Shown piece by piece: positions 29,193-38,211 of a stretch of 64,000 nucleotides of DNA. The stretch comes from Nitrospirota bacterium (GTDB lineage: Bacteria; Nitrospirota; UBA9217). Positions within the stretch are counted from its first letter, which is position 1. Each line of letters opens with the position of its first letter. The translations under genes were made by a program, and so were the position numbers. The stretch is taken from contig CAWBNQ010000003.1 of the NCBI GenBank assembly GCA_963790205.1, forward strand, positions 448,001-512,000, in the 5' to 3' direction. Below the pieces are notes generated by a model. That model ran no database searches. It saw only the letters and a list, made by a program, of their open reading frames with translations, and had not been told where the DNA came from.

Positions 29193-29928
29193 GCGCATAA
29201 AGGCCGATTTGCACGTGCATACCTGTCTGTCACCCTGCGCCGGCCTCGATATGTCGCCCCGTGAAGTCGTGAATGCGGCCGTCCAAAAGGGCCTCGATCT
29301 GATCGGCGTGTGCGACCATAACTCGGCGGAAAACGTTCTGGCTGTCAAGAAGGCGGGCGCGCGAAACGGGCTGATGGTGCTCGGCGGGATAGAAGTCGCC
29401 TCTGCGGAAGAAGCGCACCTCCTGGCGTTCTTTGACGATGACGACGACCTCCTGCATTTCCAGGAGTTTATTTACCGGCATTTGGCGGGCAGGAATGATG
29501 AGCATAGCTTCGGGTTGCAGGTGATCGCGGACGATGAGGACGGGGTCACGGGATTTTGCGATCGGCTTCTGATCGGGGCGACATCGCTTCCGGCCGAAAA
29601 AATCGTCGAAGCTGCCCGTGCGGCAAAGGGTAGAAGTCTCGTGATCGCGGCGCATGTGGACCGGGAGGCGTTCAGCATCATTGGGCAGCTTGGGTTCATT
29701 CCTTCCGGTCTCGCCCTGGACGGAGTAGAGGTATCTCAGCACACGACCTGTGCTGACGCAAGGGAACGGTTTCCCGATTGTAAGAACTATCCGGTCATCA
29801 CCGGTTCGGATGCTCACTGTCCGGAGGACATTGGTAACCGTTTTATCTGGTTAACGATAGAAGACGGGACGGCAGCGGAGATACAAAAGGCCCTGACCGG
29901 CAGCGACGGTCGGAAGGCGGACTGCTGA
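29182..29928 (+). CDS. PHP-domain metallophosphoesterase
   Basis: DLHVHTCLSPC, DHNS, GIEV, AAHVDR, SDAH; GTG start assumed. Confidence 0.85.
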   Translation: MALRRIKADLHVHTCLSPCAGLDMSPREVVNAAVQKGLDLIGVCDHNSAENVLAVKKAGARNGLMVLGGIEVASAEEAHLLAFFDDDDDLLHFQEFIYRHLAGRNDEHSFGLQVIADDEDGVTGFCDRLLIGATSLPAEKIVEAARAAKGRSLVIAAHVDREAFSIIGQLGFIPSGLALDGVEVSQHTTCADARERFPDCKNYPVITGSDAHCPEDIGNRFIWLTIEDGTAAEIQKALTGSDGRKADC

Positions 29929-29932
29929 GGCT

Positions 29933-30469
29933 GTGGAAGATATTTCGCTGCATATCCTCGATATCGCCGAAAACTCGATACGAGCGCAGGCCACGAGGAT
30001 AGAGATAATCCTGACCAGGGATGTAAAGAACGATCTTTTCCGCGTGGAAGTCATAGATGACGGCAGGGGAATGGATCCTGAAACCCTCGCCATGGTACGT
30101 GACCCTTTCTTTACGACCAAGGGGAAGAAGACCGGTTTGGGCATCCCACTTCTGGCACAGGTCGCTGAACAGGCGGGCGGGAGCATACGTATAGATTCCG
30201 CTCCGGGCAAGGGCACACGGGTGTCGGTTACCTTCCAATTGAACCACGTGGACCGGCCCGCGATCGGCAGCATGGCCGACACGATGCTCACGCTGATAGC
30301 AGGCCACCCGGACCTCGATTATGTGTACGAAGAGCGGGAGGATGGAAGGGTCTTCCGGTTCGATACCCGGGAAATAAGGAACGATCTTGAAGACGTGCCG
30401 ATCAACACCCCTGAAGCGCTCACCGCAATTCGGGGCATGCTCAAAGAACAGATAAAATTTGAAATGTGA
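29933..30469 (+). CDS. Stand-alone HATPase_c (GHKL) protein
   Basis: DIAENS, DDGRGM, DPFFTTK, GLGIP, GKGT; no HisKA domain. Confidence 0.85.
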   Translation: MEDISLHILDIAENSIRAQATRIEIILTRDVKNDLFRVEVIDDGRGMDPETLAMVRDPFFTTKGKKTGLGIPLLAQVAEQAGGSIRIDSAPGKGTRVSVTFQLNHVDRPAIGSMADTMLTLIAGHPDLDYVYEEREDGRVFRFDTREIRNDLEDVPINTPEALTAIRGMLKEQIKFEM

Positions 30470-30494
30470 AATTTCAAATGCCAAGAGGTAAACG

Positions 30495-31004
30495 ATGAGT
30501 AACGAAGCGGTTGCACAGCATACAGACACAAGCAACGAGTTCATAACGCCTGAGATGTACCGGAAAATCGACGACATCGTTGCGAAGTACAAGGACAAGC
30601 CCGGTTCGCTTATCCCGGTGCTCCAGCAGGCGCAGGACGTATGCGGCTATCTGCCGCATGCCGTTCAGCGGTATGTCGCCAAGGGGCTCATGATGTCGCC
30701 GAGCGTGGTTTTCGGCGTCGCCACCTTCTACTCGTTCTTCACGCTCGTGCCGCGCGGCAAGCACGTCATCCGCGTCTGTCTCGGCACGGCCTGCTACGTG
30801 AAGCGGAGCGAGGAGATTCTCGATAAGATCAAGGACGAATTGGAGCTCGAAGTCGGCGAGGTCACCCGGGACAAGAAGTACTCCCTCGAGGCCGTGCGGT
30901 GCCTCGGCGCCTGCGGTCTTGCGCCGGTCGTGGTGGTGGGACAGGACACCTATGGCGACGTGGCTGCGACGAAGGTGATGGACATCATCAAAAAATACGA
31001 GTAA
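30495..31004 (+). CDS. nuoE: NuoE/HydC/HndA-type [2Fe-2S] subunit
   Basis: LIPVLQQAQ..GYLP, VATFYSFF, CLGTAC, CLGAC. Confidence 0.9.
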   Translation: MSNEAVAQHTDTSNEFITPEMYRKIDDIVAKYKDKPGSLIPVLQQAQDVCGYLPHAVQRYVAKGLMMSPSVVFGVATFYSFFTLVPRGKHVIRVCLGTACYVKRSEEILDKIKDELELEVGEVTRDKKYSLEAVRCLGACGLAPVVVVGQDTYGDVAATKVMDIIKKYE

Positions 31005-31007
31005 GAC

Positions 31008-31084
31008 AATTTCGAAATGCGAAATTCTAAATAATATCGAAACAAACGAAACGTTTAGGATTTCGATATTCGAATTTAGGATTT
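31008..31084. repeat. 7-bp tandem repeats as inverted arms (CGAAATT / ATTTCG type)
   Basis: AATTTCGAAATGCGAAATTCTAAAT..TTTAGGATTTCGATATTCGAATTTAGGATTT; similar tracts at 30455-30482 and 49893-50000. Confidence 0.7.
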
Positions 31085-31100
31085 CCCCTCTGGGGGGTAT

Positions 31101-31478
31101 ATGGCAAAGCTGACGATCGCCGATTTAAAAAAGATTAAGGAAGACTATCACCAAGGGCTTCGCGAAGGCGGGTTCCGGGTCAAGATTACCATTCATATGG
31201 GGACGTGCGGGATCGCAGCAGGCGCCCGGCCCATCATGAACACGGTCATGGAAGAGCTGGCCAAGTCGAAGCTCAAGGACGTTGCGATCACCACCTCCGG
31301 CTGCGCGGGGCTCTGCAGCAAAGAGCCGATGGCCACCATCGAACTCGCAGGCGGGCCGCCGGTGAAATATATTTCGTTGACAGCGGAGAAGATGCAAAAG
31401 ATCTTTGCCGAGCATGTGGTGGCCGGCAACCCGGTCAAGGAGTACGCCCTGGTTGTTGGGCATGAGACGACCTACTGA
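31101..31478 (+). CDS. HndB/HydD-like thioredoxin-fold [2Fe-2S] ferredoxin
   Basis: MGTCGIAAGA, SGCAGLCSKEP, IFAEHVVAGNPVKEY. Confidence 0.85.
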   Translation: MAKLTIADLKKIKEDYHQGLREGGFRVKITIHMGTCGIAAGARPIMNTVMEELAKSKLKDVAITTSGCAGLCSKEPMATIELAGGPPVKYISLTAEKMQKIFAEHVVAGNPVKEYALVVGHETTY

Positions 31479-31484
31479 CAAATT

Positions 31485-31530
31485 CGGTTTAAACTGTTTG
31501 AACCGTTCAAACAGTTTAAACGTTAAACGG
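31485..31530. repeat. 9-bp CGGTTTAAA array, copy 2
   Basis: CGGTTTAAA CTGTTTGAA CCGTTCAAA CAGTTTAAA CG. Confidence 0.85.
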
Positions 31531-31540
31531 GGTAGATAAC

Positions 31541-33334
31541 GTGGAAACTACGAATTACCGTTCAAACATAATGATCTGCGCGGGCACGGGCTGCGTGGCA
31601 AACGGGTCCCTCAAGGTCAAGGACGCGCTCGAGACCGAGCTCATCAAGCGCAACCTCCAGAACGAGATCAAGATCGTACTGACCGGGTGCAACGGGTTCT
31701 GCGCCAAGGGCCCGGTCATGGTGGTCTATCCCGAGGACATCTTCTATCAGCAGGTGAAGCCAGAAGACGTGCCTCATCTCGTTGAAGAGCACTTCATCAA
31801 GGGGCGGCCGGTGCAGAAATTCCTCTACACGCCGCCGGCGCAGAAAGACGCCATCCCGGTGATGAACGAGATCCCGTTCTTCAAGCACCAGGTGCTCCGG
31901 GCCCTCAGGAACCGTAGCCTCATCGACGCGGAGAAGATCGAGGAGTATATCGCCCGCGACGGCTATATGGCCGCGGCCAAGGCGCTCACCGAGATGACGC
32001 CCGAGCAGGTTGTAGCTGAAGTAAAAAAATCGGGCCTCCGCGGCAGGGGCGGCGCCGGGTTCCTGACCGGACTCAAGTGGGAACTTTGCGCGCGCGTTCA
32101 GGGCGACGTCAAGTATATCCTGTGCAACGGCGACGAAGGCGACCCCGGGGCGTTCATGGACCGCAGCGTCATGGAAGCGGACCCCCATTCTGTGCTCGAG
32201 GGCATGATCATTGCTGCCAAGGGGATTAACGCCCATTATGGCTATATATATGTAAGGGCCGAGTACCCCCTGGCCGTGCATCGTCTTCAACTCGCGATCG
32301 AACAGGCCAAGGACCGGGGCCTTCTGGGCAAGGACATCCTGGGCACTGGTTTCGACCTTGATATCGAAATCTATCAGGGGGCAGGCGCCTTTGTGTGCGG
32401 TGAAGAAACGGCGCTCATGGCGTCGATCGAGGGCAAGCGCGGCATGCCGCGGCCCAAGCCGCCGTTTCCTGCGGTCAAGGGCCTTTGGATGAGGCCGTCG
32501 GTGCTGAACAACGTCGAGACCTTCGCGAACGTGCCACCGATCATCCTGAACGGTGCAGACTGGTTCTCGAGCCTCGGTACGGAGAAGAGCAAGGGGACGA
32601 AGGTGTTCGCGCTGTCCGGCGCTCTCAACAACATCGGCCTCGTCGAAGTGCCCATGGGCATCCCGCTCAAGACCATTATCTTCGACATCGGCGGCGGCAT
32701 CAAGGGGGGCAGAAAGTTCAAGGCCGTGCAGATGGGCGGTCCTTCCGGCGGCTGCATCCCCAATTCGCTCATCGACACGCCCGTAGATTTCGAGAATATC
32801 AACAAGACCGGCGCCATCATGGGGTCCGGCGGCATGGTGGTGATGGACGAGACCACCTGCATGCCGGCCATGGCCAAGTTCTTCCTCGAGTTCACCGAGG
32901 ACGAGTCCTGCGGAAAGTGCGTGCCTTGCCGGATAGGGAACAAGACGCTCCTCTCGATCCTCACCAGGATCACGAACGGCGAAGGCCGCGAGGGAGACAT
33001 CGAGTTGCTCCTCGCACTTTCCCAGCAGATCAAGGACACTTCGCTCTGCGGACTGGGCCAGACTTCGCCCAACCCGGTACTCACGACGATCAAGTATTTC
33101 AGGGACGAATATGAGGCGCACATCAAGGAGCATCGCTGCCCAGCCCGGGTCTGCACGCCGCTCGTCAAGTTCGTGGTGGACGAGAGTAAATGCAAGAAGT
33201 GCGGCCTGTGCTTCAAAAACTGTCCCGTGGGCGCCATTACGTGGGAAAAAGGCAAGGTCGCTTACATCGACCCGGAGAAATGCACGAAGTGCAAGACCTG
33301 CATCAAGAACTGCAGGTTCTGGGCGATCGATTAG
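31541..33334 (+). CDS. nuoF: Long-form NuoF / HydB-type FMN-NADH subunit
   Basis: N-terminal CAGTGC..GCNGFC domain, GLRGRGGAGF, DEGDPGAFMDR, CGEETAL, ESCGKCVPCR, C-terminal 2[4Fe-4S]. Confidence 0.92.
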   Translation: METTNYRSNIMICAGTGCVANGSLKVKDALETELIKRNLQNEIKIVLTGCNGFCAKGPVMVVYPEDIFYQQVKPEDVPHLVEEHFIKGRPVQKFLYTPPAQKDAIPVMNEIPFFKHQVLRALRNRSLIDAEKIEEYIARDGYMAAAKALTEMTPEQVVAEVKKSGLRGRGGAGFLTGLKWELCARVQGDVKYILCNGDEGDPGAFMDRSVMEADPHSVLEGMIIAAKGINAHYGYIYVRAEYPLAVHRLQLAIEQAKDRGLLGKDILGTGFDLDIEIYQGAGAFVCGEETALMASIEGKRGMPRPKPPFPAVKGLWMRPSVLNNVETFANVPPIILNGADWFSSLGTEKSKGTKVFALSGALNNIGLVEVPMGIPLKTIIFDIGGGIKGGRKFKAVQMGGPSGGCIPNSLIDTPVDFENINKTGAIMGSGGMVVMDETTCMPAMAKFFLEFTEDESCGKCVPCRIGNKTLLSILTRITNGEGREGDIELLLALSQQIKDTSLCGLGQTSPNPVLTTIKYFRDEYEAHIKEHRCPARVCTPLVKFVVDESKCKKCGLCFKNCPVGAITWEKGKVAYIDPEKCTKCKTCIKNCRFWAID

Positions 33335-33342
33335 AGAATTTT

Positions 33343-33390
33343 CGGTTTAAACTGTTCAAGCGGTTTAAACCGTTTAAACGGCTTAAACAG
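33343..33390. repeat. 9-bp CGGTTTAAA array, copy 3
   Basis: CGGTTTAAA CTGTTCAAG CGGTTTAAA CCGTTTAAA CGGCTTAAA. Confidence 0.85.
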
Positions 33391-33440
33391 CGTGACCTGA
33401 TTTTGCGGTAAATCCGCGTTGAGCACCAAAGGTAAAAACT

Positions 33441-35612
33441 ATGCCAAACATTACAGTAACGGTTGACGGGAAAAAAGTTGAAGTGGCCATGGGCGCGACT
33501 ATCCTCGATGCGACCAAGGCCGCGGGCGCGCGGGTGCCGACCTTGTGTCATGACAACAAGCTCCATCCCTTCGGCGCGTGCCGCGTCTGTCTCGTTGAAG
33601 TGGAGGGGACGCCCCGCAAGTTCACGCCGTCGTGTACGACGCCGGCGACGGACAATATGGTGGTGAAGACCATGACGCCGTCCTTGATCGAAGCGCGGAG
33701 GATGGTCCTCGAACTCCTTCTGATCAAACACCCGCTCGATTGCCCGGTCTGCGATAAGGCGGGCGCCTGCCAGCTCCAGGACCTCGTTCACGAGTACGGG
33801 CTCGGCCAGAGTCGTTTCGACGCTGAGAAAGGCTATCTTCCCCCGGATCTGGAGAGCGCGGTCATCGAACGCAACATCAGCCGCTGCATCCTCTGCGGCA
33901 AGTGCGTCCGGATCTGCGACGAACAGAACGCGGTGGGCGAGTGGGCCTTTACCCGGCGGGGCACGCGGGCGCGCATCAGCACCGACTTCGACCGGCCGCT
34001 GGACTGCGAGTTCTGCGGCGAGTGCGTCGAGATCTGTCCGGTGGGAGCGCTCACGACACGGCAGTTCAAGTACAAGGCGCGGTCATGGAACCTCGAAGAA
34101 ACCGCGTCGGTCTGCAACTATTGCGGCTGCGGCTGCGCCATAGCGTACGAGACCCGCGACGGCCGGATCATGCGGGTGAGCCCGGCAAAGGAGAACTACC
34201 TGTGCACCAAGGGCAGGTTCGGCTGGGACGCGGTGCATCACGGCGAGCGGCTCACCACCCCGAAGATGCGTGTCGGCAATGAGCTCGTGGACTGCACCTG
34301 GGACGAGGCGCTTTCCATGGTCGCGACCAATCTCAAGGTGATCAAGAACAAGCGCGGGGCGGAGAGCATCGGCGGCCTCGGCTCGGTCCGCACGACGAAC
34401 GAGGACGGCTATCTGTTCCAGAAGTTCATGCGCACCGTGGTCGAGACGAACAACGTTGACATGCTCGCCCGGCTTAAAGTCCCGAAGGGGATCGATGCGG
34501 CCTTCTTCTCCGGCGAGCTCGGTAAAATGAAAGACCATGAGGTCATCCTCGTGCTCGATAAGAACGTGGGTGAGATCAACCCGCTCACCGGCATCGAAAT
34601 AGTGCGCGCCGTTAACAAGAAGGAACGGAAACTGATCCTGGTGAGCGATGACTACACTAAGTTCAACAAACTCGCTTCGGTCGTGCTGGCGGAAAAAACC
34701 GAAGCGGCGCTCGCCGGGCTCCTCAAGGGCCTGTCCTCGGCCTCGGGCAGCGCAGACGTAAAAAAGGCGTCGGACCTCCTGAAAGCCGCCAAAAGCGTTG
34801 CGATCATCGTGCCCGCCCATATTTCCGATACCGAATACAGGCAGATTATGGAGCTTGCGGCACTGCTCAAGAGCGTGACCTTTTATCCGCTTGTCAGGCG
34901 GAGCAACTTCCAGGGTTCGCTCGACATGGGCGTCGTGCCTGAATATTATCCCGGCTACCGGAAGGTGGCAGCGGACACGACCGAGCTTTCCGCCGCATGG
35001 AACGCTATCCTGCCCGAAACCCCGGGCAAGAACGCCGTCGAAATGATCAACGGGATCAAGTCCGGCGTCATGGCCGCCCTCTATATCATGGGTGACGACC
35101 CGGTGGGGAGTGATCCGAACCTCAAGCAAACGCTCGGGAAGCTCGAGTTCCTGGTGGTACAGGACGTCTTTATGACCGAGACGGCCAAGCTTGCCCATGT
35201 GGTGCTTCCCGCTGCGGCCAGTGCTGAGAAATCCGGCACGTTTACCAACCTCGAGCGCAGGCTTCAGCAGCTCAACCGGGCCGAGGAGCCGGTCGGCGAG
35301 TCGAGACCCGACTGGGAGATCATCACGGAGCTCGCGAAAAAAATGGGCGGGTCCATGCCCTACGCGTCCGAGCGGGACATCATGAAGGAGATCAGGTCCG
35401 TCGTGCCTCTCTACGCGGACCTTGCGATCGGCGCATGCTGGGCGGCGGACAAATCGCCGCTGGTCAATACGAATGCCGACCTTTCGCTGGCATCGGACTC
35501 GATCATGAAGCAGGAAGTCATTACCGCCGAGCGGTTGCTGTTCTCGTCAGGCATGACGATAACCCGCTCGAAGGAAATTGGGACTATAAAGCACATTAAG
35601 ATCGAAGTGTAG
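33441..35612 (+). CDS. nuoG: NuoG-like multi-Fe-S subunit with molybdopterin-oxidoreductase-fold body
   Basis: PTLC..GACRVC..SC, HPLDCPVCDKAGAC, CILCGKCVRIC, CEFCGECVEICP, CNYCGCGC..LC, EKSGTFTNLERR. Confidence 0.88.
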   Translation: MPNITVTVDGKKVEVAMGATILDATKAAGARVPTLCHDNKLHPFGACRVCLVEVEGTPRKFTPSCTTPATDNMVVKTMTPSLIEARRMVLELLLIKHPLDCPVCDKAGACQLQDLVHEYGLGQSRFDAEKGYLPPDLESAVIERNISRCILCGKCVRICDEQNAVGEWAFTRRGTRARISTDFDRPLDCEFCGECVEICPVGALTTRQFKYKARSWNLEETASVCNYCGCGCAIAYETRDGRIMRVSPAKENYLCTKGRFGWDAVHHGERLTTPKMRVGNELVDCTWDEALSMVATNLKVIKNKRGAESIGGLGSVRTTNEDGYLFQKFMRTVVETNNVDMLARLKVPKGIDAAFFSGELGKMKDHEVILVLDKNVGEINPLTGIEIVRAVNKKERKLILVSDDYTKFNKLASVVLAEKTEAALAGLLKGLSSASGSADVKKASDLLKAAKSVAIIVPAHISDTEYRQIMELAALLKSVTFYPLVRRSNFQGSLDMGVVPEYYPGYRKVAADTTELSAAWNAILPETPGKNAVEMINGIKSGVMAALYIMGDDPVGSDPNLKQTLGKLEFLVVQDVFMTETAKLAHVVLPAAASAEKSGTFTNLERRLQQLNRAEEPVGESRPDWEIITELAKKMGGSMPYASERDIMKEIRSVVPLYADLAIGACWAADKSPLVNTNADLSLASDSIMKQEVITAERLLFSSGMTITRSKEIGTIKHIKIEV

Positions 35613-35621
35613 GAGCGGACC

Positions 35622-36710
35622 ATGCCCGATATGCATCTGATAATGAATATTATCTATACCCTCGTGATCCCGGCAGCAGCAATGGTGGCCTTCATCCTGG
35701 CCAACGCCATGTACCTGCAGTTGATGGAGCGCAAGGTCCTGGCGCACATGCAGGGCCGTCTCGGGCCGATGCGGACGGGTTGGCACGGGATCCTTCAGCC
35801 CATCGCGGACGCCGTCAAGTTCATCATGAAAGAGGACATCATTCCGGCCAAGGCCGACAAATGGGTCTTCAGTATCGCTCCGATCCTTATGCTCGCCATG
35901 GCCTTCGGCGCCTTCGTCGCCCTTCCCTTCGGTCCGCCGACGAACTTCTACGGGCTCCTCCCCCACAAGGCGCCGCTCTGGGTGGCGAACCTCAACATCG
36001 GCATCCTGTATATCCTGGGTCTGTCGAGCATCGGGACCTACGGCGTGATCATGGCAGGGTGGGCCTCGAACAACAAGTATTCCCTCATGGGCGGGTTCCG
36101 TTCGGCGGCGCAGATGATCAGCTATGAAATTCCCATGGCCTTTGCCATCGTCATCGTCGTGCTTATGGCCGGGTCGCTGAACCTGTCGGACATCGTGAAC
36201 GCCCAGTCGCAGCGGTGGTTCATCATTGCGCTGCCCGTCGGGCCGGTCGCCTTCTTCCTCTACCTGATCTCGGCGGTGGCTGAAACGAACCGCGTGCCCT
36301 TCGATCTGCCCGAGGCGGAGAGCGAGCTCGTGGCCGGTTATTTTACGGAGTACAGCGGCATCCGCTTCGGCATGTTCTACATGGCGGAGTATATAAACAT
36401 GATGGTCGTGTCGCTCCTGGTGAGCATCATGTTTCTGGGCGGCTGGCTGCCGGTCCAGATACTTCCCAACACGGCCATCGGGCATTTTGCTCCGATAGCC
36501 TTGCTCAACAGGGCGCTGGCGGCCCTGCCGGCGCCGCTCTGGCTCCTCGCAAAGCTCTACTTCTTTATCTTTTTCTATATGTGGATCCGGGCCACGCTGC
36601 CCCGGTACCGTTATGACCAGCTTATGGCGATCTCCTGGAAGTTTCTCCTGCCACTTTCGCTCGGGACGTTGCTGGTGGCGGCGTTCATGAAACAGGCGGG
36701 ATGGCTGTAA
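35622..36710 (+). CDS. nuoH: Complex I subunit H
   Basis: ERKVLAHMQGRLGP, AQMISYE, ETNRVPFDLPEAESELVAG. Confidence 0.95.
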   Translation: MPDMHLIMNIIYTLVIPAAAMVAFILANAMYLQLMERKVLAHMQGRLGPMRTGWHGILQPIADAVKFIMKEDIIPAKADKWVFSIAPILMLAMAFGAFVALPFGPPTNFYGLLPHKAPLWVANLNIGILYILGLSSIGTYGVIMAGWASNNKYSLMGGFRSAAQMISYEIPMAFAIVIVVLMAGSLNLSDIVNAQSQRWFIIALPVGPVAFFLYLISAVAETNRVPFDLPEAESELVAGYFTEYSGIRFGMFYMAEYINMMVVSLLVSIMFLGGWLPVQILPNTAIGHFAPIALLNRALAALPAPLWLLAKLYFFIFFYMWIRATLPRYRYDQLMAISWKFLLPLSLGTLLVAAFMKQAGWL

Positions 36711-36754
36711 GGAAAGTGAGAAGTAGGAAGTAAGAAGTAAAGGAGTCAACTAAG

Positions 36755-37225
36755 ATGAACAAAATGAAAAAGCTGATCAAGACGGTCTTTCTGGTCGAAA
36801 TAGCGCAGGGGATGTGGGTGACGCTCAAGACCATGCTGACCCCCGCGGTCACCCGGCAGTACCCGAAGTTCAAGCGCAAGCCCTTCGCCGGGTCGCGCGG
36901 CCTCCATGCCATGCGGCGTGACGACACGGGCCTGAAGGAGCGGTGCATCGGGTGCGGTCTGTGCGAGGCGGTCTGCCCGTCCAAGGCCATCACCGTGGTC
37001 ACCTCCGAGGGCCCCGAACATGAGAAGCTGGTGAACTCCTATGAGCTCGACCTGCTCCGGTGCGTGTTCTGCGGGTTCTGCATCGACGCGTGCCCGGTGT
37101 CCGCTATCGTGATGACGCCTGAATTCGAACTGGCCTGCTACTCGAGAAAGGACGCGTTCTATACCAAGGAACGGCTTGTTGAGGTAGGCGACCGGTATAT
37201 GGGCGGGAAGGCGGTAAAAAAGTAA
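36755..37225 (+). CDS. nuoI: Complex I subunit I
   Basis: CIGCGLCEAVCP, RCVFCGFCIDACP. Confidence 0.95.
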   Translation: MNKMKKLIKTVFLVEIAQGMWVTLKTMLTPAVTRQYPKFKRKPFAGSRGLHAMRRDDTGLKERCIGCGLCEAVCPSKAITVVTSEGPEHEKLVNSYELDLLRCVFCGFCIDACPVSAIVMTPEFELACYSRKDAFYTKERLVEVGDRYMGGKAVKK

Positions 37226-37761
37226 TGGTGAACAAGCTGATCTTTCTCTATTTTGCCGTGGTCATTCTGGTGTCGGCGGCGCTCATGATCACCCGCCGGA
37301 ACCCCATCCACAGCGTGATGTTCATGCTGCTCCTGTTCTTCCACGTCGCGGGGGTGTTCGTGCTTTTGAACGCCGAGTTCCTCGCTGCCGTGCAGCTCAT
37401 CGTGTACGCGGGGGCCATCCTCATCCTCTATCTTTTCGTGGTGATGCTCCTGAACGTCGGCAAAGAGAGCAACGCCGTGCGGGCGAACCGCTTCTGGCCC
37501 TGGATGACGGCATTCGGCGCGCTCATTGCGGCCGAGATCGTGCTCCTGGTGTCGCGCGGCGTCTTTTCCGCGGGGGCCGACCGGCCCATGCGGTTTGCCG
37601 GCGGCGCCGGAGTCAGGGAACTGGGCGAGGCGCTGTACCAGAAATACCTCGTACCCTTCGAGATTGCGTCCGTCATTCTGCTCGTGGGGCTGATCGGGGC
37701 GGTCATGCTGGCGAAAAAAGAAGTAACGAGTAAGCAAGAGGCAGTAAACAGTAAGGAGTAA
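37225..37761 (+). CDS. nuoJ: Complex I subunit J
   Basis: AEFLAAVQLIVYAGAI..LFVVMLL, PFEIASVILLV; tail encoded by a 7-bp repeat. Confidence 0.95.
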   Translation: MVNKLIFLYFAVVILVSAALMITRRNPIHSVMFMLLLFFHVAGVFVLLNAEFLAAVQLIVYAGAILILYLFVVMLLNVGKESNAVRANRFWPWMTAFGALIAAEIVLLVSRGVFSAGADRPMRFAGGAGVRELGEALYQKYLVPFEIASVILLVGLIGAVMLAKKEVTSKQEAVNSKE

Positions 37762-37798
37762 GCAGTTCGCTTCTTCCTGCCTACTCCATACTGCCTAC
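37722..37798. repeat. 7-bp tandem repeats as inverted arms (AGTAAGC / CTACTGC type)
   Basis: AGTAACG AGTAAGC..AGTAAAC AGTAAGG AGTAAGC..CTGCCTA CTCCATA CTGCCTA. Confidence 0.7.
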
Positions 37799-37818
37799 AT
37801 TTATCTTAGGGAGGAACT

Positions 37819-38121
37819 ATGATTCCCCTGTCCTGGTATATCATGCTGAGCGCGGCGCTGTTCACCATCGGCGTGATCGGCGTTCTCACGCGCCGCAATG
37901 TATTCATCATCCTGATGTCCATCGAGCTCATGCTGAACGCGGCGAACATCAACTTTATCGCCTTTTCCCACTACCTGCAGTCGCTCACGGGCCAGGTCTT
38001 CGTGATCTTCGTCATTACCGTGGCCGCCGCCGAGGCGGCGGTGGCGCTTGCGATCATCATCCTTCTGGCGCGGAACCGCGGGAGCGTGTACGTGGATGAG
38101 TTCAATATCATGAAAGGCTGA
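37819..38121 (+). CDS. nuoK: Complex I subunit K
   Basis: [21 protein letters not shown]. Confidence 0.95.
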   Translation: MIPLSWYIMLSAALFTIGVIGVLTRRNVFIILMSIELMLNAANINFIAFSHYLQSLTGQVFVIFVITVAAAEAAVALAIIILLARNRGSVYVDEFNIMKG

Positions 38122-38127
38122 AAATAC

Positions 38128-38204
38128 AGTCCGCAGTCGATGGTCGCCAGTCGACGGCCTTGCTGTCGGACTGATGACTTGAGAGACTGACGACTGACGA
38201 CTGG
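38128..38204. repeat. 7-bp tandem repeats as inverted arms (AGTCGAT / GACTGAC)
   Basis: AGTCCGC AGTCGAT GGTCGCC AGTCGAC..GACTGAT..GACTGAC GACTGAC; same family as nifN 158-213. Confidence 0.8.
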
Positions 38205-38211
38205 AGTTCAT

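Noticed and set aside
1885..33390. 9-bp arrays as CRISPR repeats
   Set aside because: No unique spacers, units are far too short, and there are no cas genes.
33441..35612. NuoG-like protein as formate dehydrogenase or [FeFe]-hydrogenase
   Set aside because: No catalytic Cys/Sec-His motif, no in-frame TGA, no H-cluster motifs, and the C-terminal cofactor-binding region is truncated.
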